Source: Auanema rhodensis
Lineage: Eukaryota > Animalia > Nematoda
Direction of reading: 5' to 3'
Length of the DNA stretch: 64,000 nt
Assembly (NCBI GenBank): GCA_964057225.1
Contig: OZ059898.1
Location: forward strand, 19,530,001-19,594,000
This document shows, one piece after another, positions 53,701 to 64,000 of this stretch; positions within the stretch are counted from its first letter, which is position 1; each line of letters opens with the position of its first letter. Position numbers and translations under genes: made by a program. The notes beneath the pieces are model-generated. The model was not told the DNA's origin and ran no database searches. It worked only from the letters and a program-made list of their open reading frames with translations.

Positions 53701-56700
53701 AAACTCAACATACACTAATGCATTATTTTTCAAACGATCATAACTAATTTTTGTATTAAGCGTTTTTCAATGTAGTATAGTGCATTCGATGCGGATTTTT
53801 AAGCTGCGTCGATCTGTGTTATCAGATTTGCGCTAGCTTAAAAATGCACCGAGATATCAACTGATATAAGTTCACACTTATATCCTCGATTTTCACCCTG
53901 AAGAATTAATTTTTTCGTTGAATAACATTGTCCATCGTCTTTGCCTTGAAAAAAGAAATCTAAAAACATCTACTTTTTGCTAAATTATTTTGAAATTTTT
54001 CGAAAAAATTTTTGTCAAAATGTTTTTGGAAGCAAGGTTGAGTGTACATGGAAACTCAACATACACTAATGCATTATTTTTCAAACGATCATAACTAATT
54101 TTTGTATTAAGCGTTTTTCAATGTAGTATAGTGCATTCGATGCGGATTTTTAAGCTGCGTCGATCTGTGTTATCAGATTTGCGCTAGCTTAAAAATGCAC
54201 CGAGATATCAACTGATATAAGTTCACACTTATATCCTCGATTTTCACCCTGAAGAATTAATTTTTTCGTTGAATAACATTGTCCATCGTCTTTGCCTTGA
54301 AAAAAGGAATCTAAAAACATCTACTTTTTGCTAAATTATTTTGAAATTTTTCGAAAAAATTTTTGTCAAAATGTTTTTGGAAGCAAGGTTGAGTGTACAT
54401 GGAAACTCAACATACACTAATGCATTATTTTTCAAACGATCATAACTAATTTTTGTATTAAGCGTTTCTCAATGTAGTATAGTGCATTCGATGCGGATTT
54501 TTAAGCTGCGTCGATCTGTGTTATCGGATTTTCGCTAGCTTAAAAATGCACCGAGATATCAACTGATATAAGTTCACACTTATATTCTCGATTTTCACCC
54601 TGAAGAATTAATTTTTTCGTTGAATAACATTGTCCATCGTCTTTGCCTTGTAAAAAGGAATCTAAAAACATCTACTTTTTGCTAAATTATTCTGAAATTT
54701 TTCGAAAAAATTTTTGTCAAAATGTTTTTGGAAGCAAGGTTGAGTGTACTTGGAAACTCAACATACACTAATGCATTATTTTTCAAACGATCATAACTAA
54801 TTTTTGTATTAAGCGTTTCTCAATGTAGTATAGTGCATTCGATGCGGATTTTTAAGCTGCGTCGATCTGTGTTATCGGATTTTCGCTAGCTTAAAAATGC
54901 ACCGAGATATCAACTGATATAAGTTCACACTTATATCCTCGATTTTCACCCTGAAGAATTAATTTTTTCGTTGAATAACATTGTCCATCGTTTTTGCCTT
55001 GAAAAACGAAATCTGAAAACATCTACTTTTTGCTAAATTATTTTGAAATTTTTCGAAAAAATTTTTGTCAAAATGTTTTTGGAAGCAATGTTGAGTGTAC
55101 ATGGAAACTCAACATAAACTAATGCATCATTTTTCAAACGATCATAACTAATTTTTGTATTAAGCGTTTTTCAATGTAGTATAGTGCATTCGATGCGGAT
55201 TTTTAAGCTGCGTCGATCTGTGTTATCAGATTTGCGCTAGCTTAAAAATGCACCGAGATATCAACTGATATAAGTTCACACTTATATCCTCGATTTTCAC
55301 CCTGAAGAATTAATTTTTTCGTTGAATAACATTGTCCATCGTCTTTGCCTTGAAAAAAGGAATCTAAAAACATCTACTTTTTGCTAAATTATTTTGAAAT
55401 TTTTCGAAAAAATTTTTGTCAAAATGTTTTTGGAAGCAATGTTGAGTGTACATGGAAACTCAACATACACTAATGCATCATTTTTCAAACGATCATAACT
55501 AATTTTTGTATTAAGCGTTTCTCAATGTAGTATAGTGCATTCGATGCGGAGCTGCGTCGATCTGTGTTATCAGATTTGCGCTAGCTTAAAAATGCACCGA
55601 GATATCAACTGATATAAGTTCACACTTATATCCTCGATTTTCACCCTGAAGAATTAATTTTTTCGTTGAATAACATTGTCCATCGTCTTTGCCTTGAAAA
55701 AAGGAATCTAAAAACATCTACTTTTTGCTAAATTATTTTGAAATTTTTCGAAAAAATTTTTGTCAAAATGTTTTTGGAAGCAATGTTGAGTGTACATGGA
55801 AACTCAACATACACTAATGCATCATTTTTCAAACGATCATAACTAATTTTTGTATTAAGCGTTTCTCAATGTAGTATAGTGCATTCGATGCGGAGCTGCG
55901 TCGATCTGTGTTATCAGATTTGCGCTAGCTTAAAAATGCACCGAGATATCAACTGATATAAGTTCACACTTATATCCTCGATTTTCACCCTGAAGAATTA
56001 ATTTTTTCGTTGAATAACATTGTCCATCGTCTTTGCCTTGAAAAAAGGAATCTAAAAACATCTACTTTTTGCTAAATTATTCTGAAATTTTTCGAAAAAA
56101 TTTTTGTCAAAATGTTTTTGGAAGCAAGGTTGAGTGTACATGGAAACTCAACATACACTAATGCATTATTTTTCAAACGATCATAACTAATTTTTGTATT
56201 AAGCGTTTCTCAATGTAGTATAGTGCATTCGATGCGGATTTTTAAGCTGCGTCGATCTGTGTTATCGGATTTTCGCTAGCTTAAAAATGCACCGAGATAT
56301 CAACTGATATAAGTTCACACTTATATTCTCGATTTTCACCCTGAAGAATTAATTTTTTCGTTGAATAACATTGTCCATCGTCTTTGCCTTGTAAAAAGGA
56401 ATCTAAAAACATCTACTTTTTGCTAAATTATTCTGAAATTTTTCGAAAAAATTTTTGTCAAAATGTTTTTGGAAGCAAGGTTGAGTGTACTTGGAAACTC
56501 AACATACACTAATGCATTATTTTTCAAACGATCATAACTAATTTTTGTATTAAGCGTTTCTCAATGTAGTATAGTGCATTCGATGCGGATTTTTAAGCTG
56601 CGTCGATCTGTGTTATCGGATTTTCGCTAGCTTAAAAATGCACCGAGATATCAACTGATATAAGTTCACACTTATATCCTCGATTTTCACCCTGAAGAAT

Positions 56701-57547
56701 TAATTTTTTCGTTGAATAACATTGTCCATCGTTTTTGCCTTGAAAAACGAAATCTGAAAACATCTACTTTTTGCTAAATTATTTTGAAATTTTTCGAAAA
56801 AATTTTTGTCAAAATGTTTTTGGAAGCAATGTTGAGTGTACATGGAAACTCAACATAAACTAATGCATCATTTTTCAAACGATCATAACTAATTTTTGTA
56901 TTAAGCGTTTTTCAATGTAGTATAGTGCATTCGATGCGGATTTTTAAGCTGCGTCGATCTGTGTTATCAGATTTGCGCTAGCTTAAAAATGCACCGAGAT
57001 ATCAACTGATATAAGTTCACACTTATATCCTCGATTTTCACCCTGAAGAATTAATTTTTTCGTTGAATAACATTGTCCATCGTCTTTGCCTTGAAAAAAG
57101 GAATCTAAAAACATCTACTTTTTGCTAAATTATTCTGAAATTTTTCGAAAAAATTTTTGTCAAAATGTTTTTGGAAGCAATGCTGAAAGTACATGGAAAC
57201 TCAAAATACACTAATGCATCATTTTTCAAACGATCATAACTAATTTTTGTATTAAGCTTTTCTCAATGTAGTATAGTGCATTCGATGCGGAATTTTAAGC
57301 TGCGTCGATCTGTGTTATTAGATTTGCGCCAGCTTGAAAATGGACCGAGATATCAACTGATATAAGCTCACACTTATATCCTCGATTTTCACCCTGAAGA
57401 ACTAATTTTTTCGTTGAATAACATTGTCCATCGTCTTTGCCTTGAAAAAAAAAATCTAAAAACATCTACTTTTTGCGAAATTATTCTGAAATTTTTCGAA
57501 AAAATTTTTGTCAAAATGTTTTTGGAAGCAATGTTGAGTGTACATGG

Positions 57548-60500
57548 AAACTCAAAAAACACTAAAGCATCATTTTTCAAACGATCATAACTAATTTTTA
57601 TATCAAGCGTTTCTCAATGTAGTATAGTGCATTCGATGCGGATTTTTAAGCTGCGTCGATCTGTGTTATCAGATTTGCGCTAGCTTAAAAATGCACCGAG
57701 ATATCAACTGATATAAGTTCACACTTATATCCTCGATTTTCACCCTGAAGAATTAATTTTTTTGTTGAATAACATTGTCCATCGTCTTTGCCTTGAAAAA
57801 AAGAATCTAAAAACATCTACTTTTTGCTAAATTATTTTGAAATTTTTTGAAAAAATTTTTGTCAAAATGTTTTTGGAAGCAATGTTGAGTGTACATGGAA
57901 ACTCAACATACACTAATGCATCATTTTTCAAACGATCATAACTAATTTTTGTATTAAGCGTTTCTCAAAGTAGTATAGTGCATTCGATGCGGATTTTTAA
58001 GCTGCGTCGATCTGTGTTATCAGATTTGCGCTAGCTTAAAAATGCACCGAGATATCAACTGATATAAGTTCACACTTATATCCTCGATTTTCACCCTGAA
58101 GAATTAATTTTTTTGTTGAATAACATTGTCCATCGTTTTTGCCTTGAAAAAAGGAATCTAAAAACATCTACTTTTTGCTAAATTATTTTGAAATTTTTTG
58201 AAAAAATTTTTGTCAAAATGTTTTTGGAAGCAATGTTGAGTGTACATGGAAACTCAACATACACTAATGCATCATTTTTCAAACGATCATAACTAATTTT
58301 TGTATAAAGCGTTTTTCAATGTAGTATAGTGCATTCGATGCGGATTTTTAAGCTGCGTTGATCTGTGTTATCAGATTTGCGCTAGCTTAAAAATGCACCG
58401 AGATATCAACTGATATAAGTTTACACTTATATCCTCGATTTTCACCCTGAAGAACTAATTTTTTCGTTGAAAAACATTGTCCATCGTGTTTGCCTTGAAA
58501 AAAGGAATCTAAAAACATCTACTTTTTGCTAAATTATTTCGAAATTTTTCGAAAAAATTTTGGTCAAAATGTTTTGGAAGCAATGTTGAGTGTACATGGA
58601 AACTCAACATACACTAATGCATCATTTTTCAAACAATCATAACTAATTTTTGTATTAGGCGTTTCTCAATGTAGTATAGTGCATTCGATGCGGATTTTTA
58701 AGCTGCGTCGATCTGTGTTATCAGATTTGCGCTAGCTTAAAAATGCACCGAGATATCAACTGATATAAGTTCACACTTATATCCTCGATTTTCACCCTGA
58801 AGAATTAATTTTTTTGTTGAATAACATTGTCCATCGTTTTTGCCTTGAAAAAAGGAATCTAAAAACATCTACTTTTTGCTAAATTATTTTGAAATTTTTT
58901 GAAAAAATTTTTGTCAAAATGTTTTTGGAAGCAATGTTGAGTGTACATGGAAACTCAACATACACTAATGCATCATTTTTCAAACGATCATAACTAATTT
59001 TTTTATTAAGCGTTTCTCAAAGTAGTATAGTGCATTCGATGCGGATTTTTAAGCTGCGTCGATCTGTGTTATCAGATTTGCGCTAGCTTAAAAATGCACC
59101 GAGATATCAACTGATATAAGTTTACACTTATATCCTCGATTTTCACCCTGAAGAACTAATTTTTTCGTTGAAAAACATTGTCCATCGTGTTTGCCTTGAA
59201 AAAAGGAATCTAAAAACATCTACTTTTTGCTAAATTATTTCGAAATTTTTCGAAAAAATTTTTGTCAAAATGTTTTTGGAAGCAATGTTGAGTGTACATG
59301 GAAACTCAACATACACTAATGCATCATTTTTCAAACGATCATAACTAATTTTTGTATTAAGCGTTTCTCAAAGTAGTATAGTGCATTCGATGCGGATTTT
59401 TAAGCTGCGTTGATCTGTGTTATCAGATTTGCGCTAGCTTAAAAATGCACCGAGATATCAACTGATATAAGTTTACTTTTATATCCTCGATTTTCACCCT
59501 GAAGAACTAATTTTTTCGTTGAAAAACATTGTCCATCGTGTTTGCCTTGAAAAAAGGAATCTAAAAACATCTACTTTTTGCTAAATTATTTCGAAATTTT
59601 TCGAAAAAATTTTTGTCAAAATGTTTTGGAAGCAATGTTGAGTGTACATGGAAACTCAACATACACTAATGCATCATTTTTCAAACGATCATAACTAATT
59701 TTTGTATTAAGCGTTTCTCAAAGTAGTATAGTGCATTCGATGCGGATTTTTAAGCTGCGTCGATCTGTGTTATCAGATTTGCGCTAGCTTAAAAATGCAC
59801 CGAGATATCAACTGATATAAGTTCACACTTATATCCTCGATTTTCACCCTGAAGAATTAATTTTTTTGTTGAATAACATTGTCCATCGTGTTTGCCTTGA
59901 AAAAAGGAATCTAAAAACATCTACTTTTTGCTAAATCATTTTAAAATTTTTTGAAAAAATTTTTGTCAAAATGTTTTTGGAAGCAATGTTGAGTGTACAT
60001 GGAAACTCAACATACACTAATGCATCATTTTTCAAACGATCATAACTAATTTTTGTATTAAGCGTTTCTCAAAGTAGTATAGTGCATTCGATGCGGATTT
60101 TTAAGCTGCGTCGATCTGTGTTATCAGATTTGCGCTAGCTTAAAAATGCACCGAGATATCAACTGATATAAGTTCACACTTATATCCTCGATTTTCACCC
60201 TGAAGAATTAATTTTTTTGTTGAATAACATTGTCCATCGTCTTTGCCTTGAAAAAAAGAATCTAAAAACATCTACTTTTTGCTAAATTATTTTGAAATTT
60301 TTTGAAAAAATTTTTGTCAAAATGTTTTTGGAAGCAATGTTGAGTGTACATGGAAACTCAACATACACTAATGCATCATTTTTCAAACGATCATAACTAA
60401 TTTTTGTATTAAGCGTTTCTCAAAGTAGTATAGTGCATTCGATGCGGATTTTTAAGCTGCGTCGATCTGTGTTATCAGATTTGCGCTAGCTTAAAAATGC

Positions 60501-62457
60501 ACCGAGATATCAACTGATATAAGTTCACACTTATATCCTCGATTTTCACCCTGAAGAATTAATTTTTTTGTTGAATAACATTGTCCATCGTTTTTGCCTT
60601 GAAAAAAGGAATCTAAAAACATCTACTTTTTGCTAAATTATTTTGAAATTTTTTGAAAAAATTTTTGTCAAAATGTTTTTGGAAGCAATGTTGAGTGTAC
60701 ATGGAAACTCAACATACACTAATGCATCATTTTTCAAACGATCATAACTAATTTTTGTATAAAGCGTTTTTCAATGTAGTATAGTGCATTCGATGCGGAT
60801 TTTTAAGCTGCGTTGATCTGTGTTATCAGATTTGCGCTAGCTTAAAAATGCACCGAGATATCAACTGATATAAGTTTACACTTATATCCTCGATTTTCAC
60901 CCTGAAGAACTAATTTTTTCGTTGAAAAACATTGTCCATCGTGTTTGCCTTGAAAAAAGGAATCTAAAAACATCTACTTTTTGCTAAATTATTTCGAAAT
61001 TTTTCGAAAAAATTTTTGTCAAAATGTTTTGGAAGCAATGTTGAGTGTACATGGAAACTCAACATACACTAATGCATCATTTTTCAAACAATCATAACTA
61101 ATTTTTGTATTAGGCGTTTCTCAATGTAGTATAGTGCATTCGATGCGGATTTTTAAGCTGCGTCGATCTGTGTTATCAGATTTGCGCTAGCTTAAAAATG
61201 CACCGAGATATCAACTGATATAAGTTCACACTTATATCCTCGATTTTCACCCTGAAGAATTAATTTTTTTGTTGAATAACATTGTCCATCGTTTTTGCCT
61301 TGAAAAAAGGAATCTAAAAACATCTACTTTTTGCTAAATTATTTTGAAATTTTTTGAAAAAATTTTTGTCAAAATGTTTTTGGAAGCAATGTTGAGTGTA
61401 CATGGAAACTCAACATACACTAATGCATCATTTTTCAAACGATCATAACTAATTTTTTTATTAAGCGTTTCTCAAAGTAGTATAGTGCATTCGATGCGGA
61501 TTTTTAAGCTGCGTCGATCTGTGTTATCAGATTTGCGCTAGCTTAAAAATGCACCGAGATATCAACTGATATAAGTTTACACTTATATCCTCAATTTTCA
61601 CCCTGAAGAACTAATTTTTTCGTTGAAAAACATTGTCCATCGTGTTTGCCTTGAAAAAAGGAATCTAAAAACATCTACTTTTTGCTAAATTATTTCGAAA
61701 TTTTTCGAAAAAATTTTTGTCAAAATGTTTTTGGAAGCAATGTTGAGTGTACATGGAAACTCAACATACACTAATGCATCATTTTTCAAACGATCATAAC
61801 TAATTTTTGTATTAAGCGTTTCTCAAAGTAGTATAGTGCATTCGATGCGGATTTTTAAGCTGCGTTGATCTGTGTTATCAGATTTGCGCTAGCTTAAAAA
61901 TGCACCGAGATATCAACTGATATAAGTTTACACTTATATCCTCGATTTTCACCCTGAAGAACTAATTTTTTCGTTGAAAAACATTGTCCATCGTGTTTGC
62001 CTTGAAAAAAGGAATCTAAAAACATCTACTTTTTGCTAAATTATTTCGAAATTTTTCGAAAAAATTTTTGTCAAAATGTTTTGGAAGCAATGTTGAGTGT
62101 ACATGGAAACTCAACATACACTAATGCATCATTTTTCAAACGATCATAACTAATTTTTGTATTAAGCGTTTCTCAAAGTAGTATAGTGCATTCGATGCGG
62201 ATTTTTAAGCTGCGTCGATCTGTGTTATCAGATTTGCGCTAGCTTAAAAATGCACCGAGATATCAACTGATATAAGTTCACACTTATATCCTCGATTTTC
62301 ACCCTGAAGAATTAATTTTTTTGTTGAATAACATTGTCCATCGTGTTTGCCTTGAAAAAAGGAATCTAAAAACATCTACTTTTTGCTAAATCATTTTAAA
62401 ATTTTTTGAAAAAATTTTTGTCAAAATGTTTTTGGAAGCAATGTTGAGTGTACATGG
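57548..62457. repeat. 7-monomer (2455 bp) HOR, two copies
   Basis: Rare markers repeat at +2455 (7x351-2): ttaggcg ~58657/~61112, aaatcattttaaa ~59936/~62391, aaaagaatcta ~57802/~60257 and ttttttatta ~59002/~61457. Confidence 0.9.
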
Positions 62458-64000
62458 AAACTCAACATACACTAATGCATCATTTTTCAAACGATCATAA
62501 CTAATTTTTGTATTAAGCGTTTCTCAAAGTAGTATAGTGCATTCGATGCGGATTTTTAAGCTGCGTCGATCTGTGTTATCAGATTTGCGCTAGCTTAAAA
62601 ATGCACCGAGATATCAACTGATATAAGTTCACACTTATATCCTCGATTTTCACCCTGAAGAATTAATTTTTTTGTTGAATAACATTGTCCATCGTTTTTG
62701 CCTTGAAAAAAGGAATCTAAAAACATCTACTTTTTGCTAAATTATTTCGAAATTTTTTGAAAAAATTTTTGTCAAAATGTTTTTGGAAGCAATGTTGAGT
62801 GTACATGGAAACTCAACATACACTAATGCATCATTTTTCAAACGATCATAACTAATTTTTGTATAAAGCGTTTTTCAATGTAGTATAGTGCATTCGATGC
62901 GGATTTTTAAGCTGCGTCGATCTGTGTTATCAGATTTGCGCTAGCTTAAAAATGCACCGAGATATCAACTGATATAAGTTTACACTTATATCCTCGATTT
63001 TCACCCTGAAGAACTAATTTTTTCGTTGAAAAACATTGTCCATCGTGTTTGCCTTGAAAAAAGGAATCTAAAAACATCTACTTTTTGCTAAATTATTTCG
63101 AAATTTTTTGAAAAAATTTTTGTCAAAATGTTTTGGAAGCAATGTTGAGTGTACATGGAAACTCAACATACACTAATGCATCATTTTTCAAACAATCATA
63201 ACTAATTTTTGTATTAAGCGTTTCTCAAAGTAGTATAGTGCATTCGATGCGGATTTTTAAGCTGCGTCGATCTGTGTTATCAGATTTGCGCTAGCTTAAA
63301 AATGCACCGAGATATCAACTGATATAAGTTCACACTTATATCCTCGATTTTCACCCTGAAGAATTAATTTTTTTGTCGAATAACATTGTCCATCGTTTTT
63401 GCCTTGAAAAAAGGAATCTAAAAACATCTACTTTTTGCTAAATTATTTTGAAATTTTTTGAAAAAATTTTTGTCAAAATGTTTTTGGAAGCAATGTTGAG
63501 TGTACATGGAAACTCAACATACACTAATGCATCATTTTTCAAACGATCATAACTAATTTTTGTATAAAGCGTTTTTCAATGTAGTATAGTGCATTCGATG
63601 CGGATTTTTAAGCTGCGTCGATCTGTGTTATCAGATTTGCGCTAGCTTAAAAATGCACCGAGATATCAACTGATATAAGTTTACACTTATATCCTCGATT
63701 TTCACCCTGAAGAACTAATTTTTTCGTTGAAAAACATTGTCCATCGTGTTTGCCTTGAAAAAAGGAATCTAAAAACATCTACTTTTTGCTAAATTATTTC
63801 GAAATTTTTTGAAAAAATTTTTGTCAAAATGTTTTGGAAGCAATGTTGAGTGTACATGGAAACTCAACATACACTAATGCATCATTTTTCAAACAATCAT
63901 AACTAATTTTTGTATTAAGCGTTTCTCAAAGTAGTATAGTGCATTCGATGCGGATTTTTAAGCTGCGTCGATCTGTGTTATCAGATTTGCGCTAGCTTAA
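57548..64000. repeat. Satellite domain C (monomers 165-183)
   Basis: A third variant set: ctcaaagtag, agtttacac, gaactaatt, gttgaaaaac, tcgtgtttg, tttttgttgaa, ttttttgaaaa and a recurrent 1-bp deletion tgttttgg. The domain-B markers cggattttc and gcaagg are absent. Confidence 0.9.

Larger units (their letters stand above)
30537..57180. repeat. Satellite domain B (monomers 88-163)
   Basis: New linked variants absent from domain A: ttatcggattttcgct, gcaaggttg, gtacttgg, tgcattatt, cattttttaaacg, cgtttttgcc, cataaacta and ccttgtaaa. GATATC is invariant. Confidence 0.9.
1..64000. repeat. Tandem satellite DNA array, 351-bp monomer, ~182.4 head-to-tail copies, running off both window ends
   Basis: The motif aaactcaacatacactaatgcat recurs at 1, 352, 703, 1054 ... 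7021, 14041, an exact 351-bp period. The phase shifts only at small indels (1 bp at ~19160, ~33970, ~37830; 7 bp at 55550 and 55894; six 1-bp deletions after 58.5 kb). The last monomer starts at 63860. No non-repeat sequence or strand switch was seen. Confidence 0.99.

Noticed and set aside
57389-57580. 63-aa minus-strand ORF
   Set aside because: It arises from private substitutions in the divergent boundary monomer; there is no coding evidence.
1-64000. CRISPR array or integron cassette array (regular palindromic repeats)
   Set aside because: There are no unique spacers or cassettes: the entire 351 bp is repeated. No cas or integrase genes are present.
1-64000. Assembly artefact or rolling-circle concatemer of a single small circle
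   Set aside because: Variants are linked, hierarchical and regionally partitioned, as expected of an evolved genomic array rather than random errors on one template. Individual duplications still need read confirmation.

Overview
The whole 64 kb window is one uninterrupted, single-orientation tandem array of an AT-rich (~31% GC, hand count of monomer 1) 351-bp satellite monomer: 182 complete copies plus 141 bp, with monomers typically differing by a few percent. I find no credible protein-coding gene, RNA gene, transposon insertion, inversion or CRISPR array. All ORF-track hits are by-products of particular monomer variants. The information lies in the monomer and in the order of variants. 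(i) The monomer is unusually rich in dyad symmetry: a ~50-65 nt imperfect hairpin, two 9-bp perfect stems and a nested AT palindrome. (ii) The array falls into three sequence domains (A ~1-29.5 kb, B ~30.5-57.2 kb, C ~57.5-64 kb) with different diagnostic SNPs, separated by recombinant or divergent boundary monomers. Short-lived higher-order repeats (HORs) of 2, 3, 5, 7 and 10/11 monomers are visible within the domains. This architecture is typical of a eukaryotic (peri)centromeric or heterochromatic satellite. I do not recognise the satellite family or the organism, and I cannot support a novel gene-encoded system here. Monomer positions below are numbered as in monomer 1 (window 1-351).
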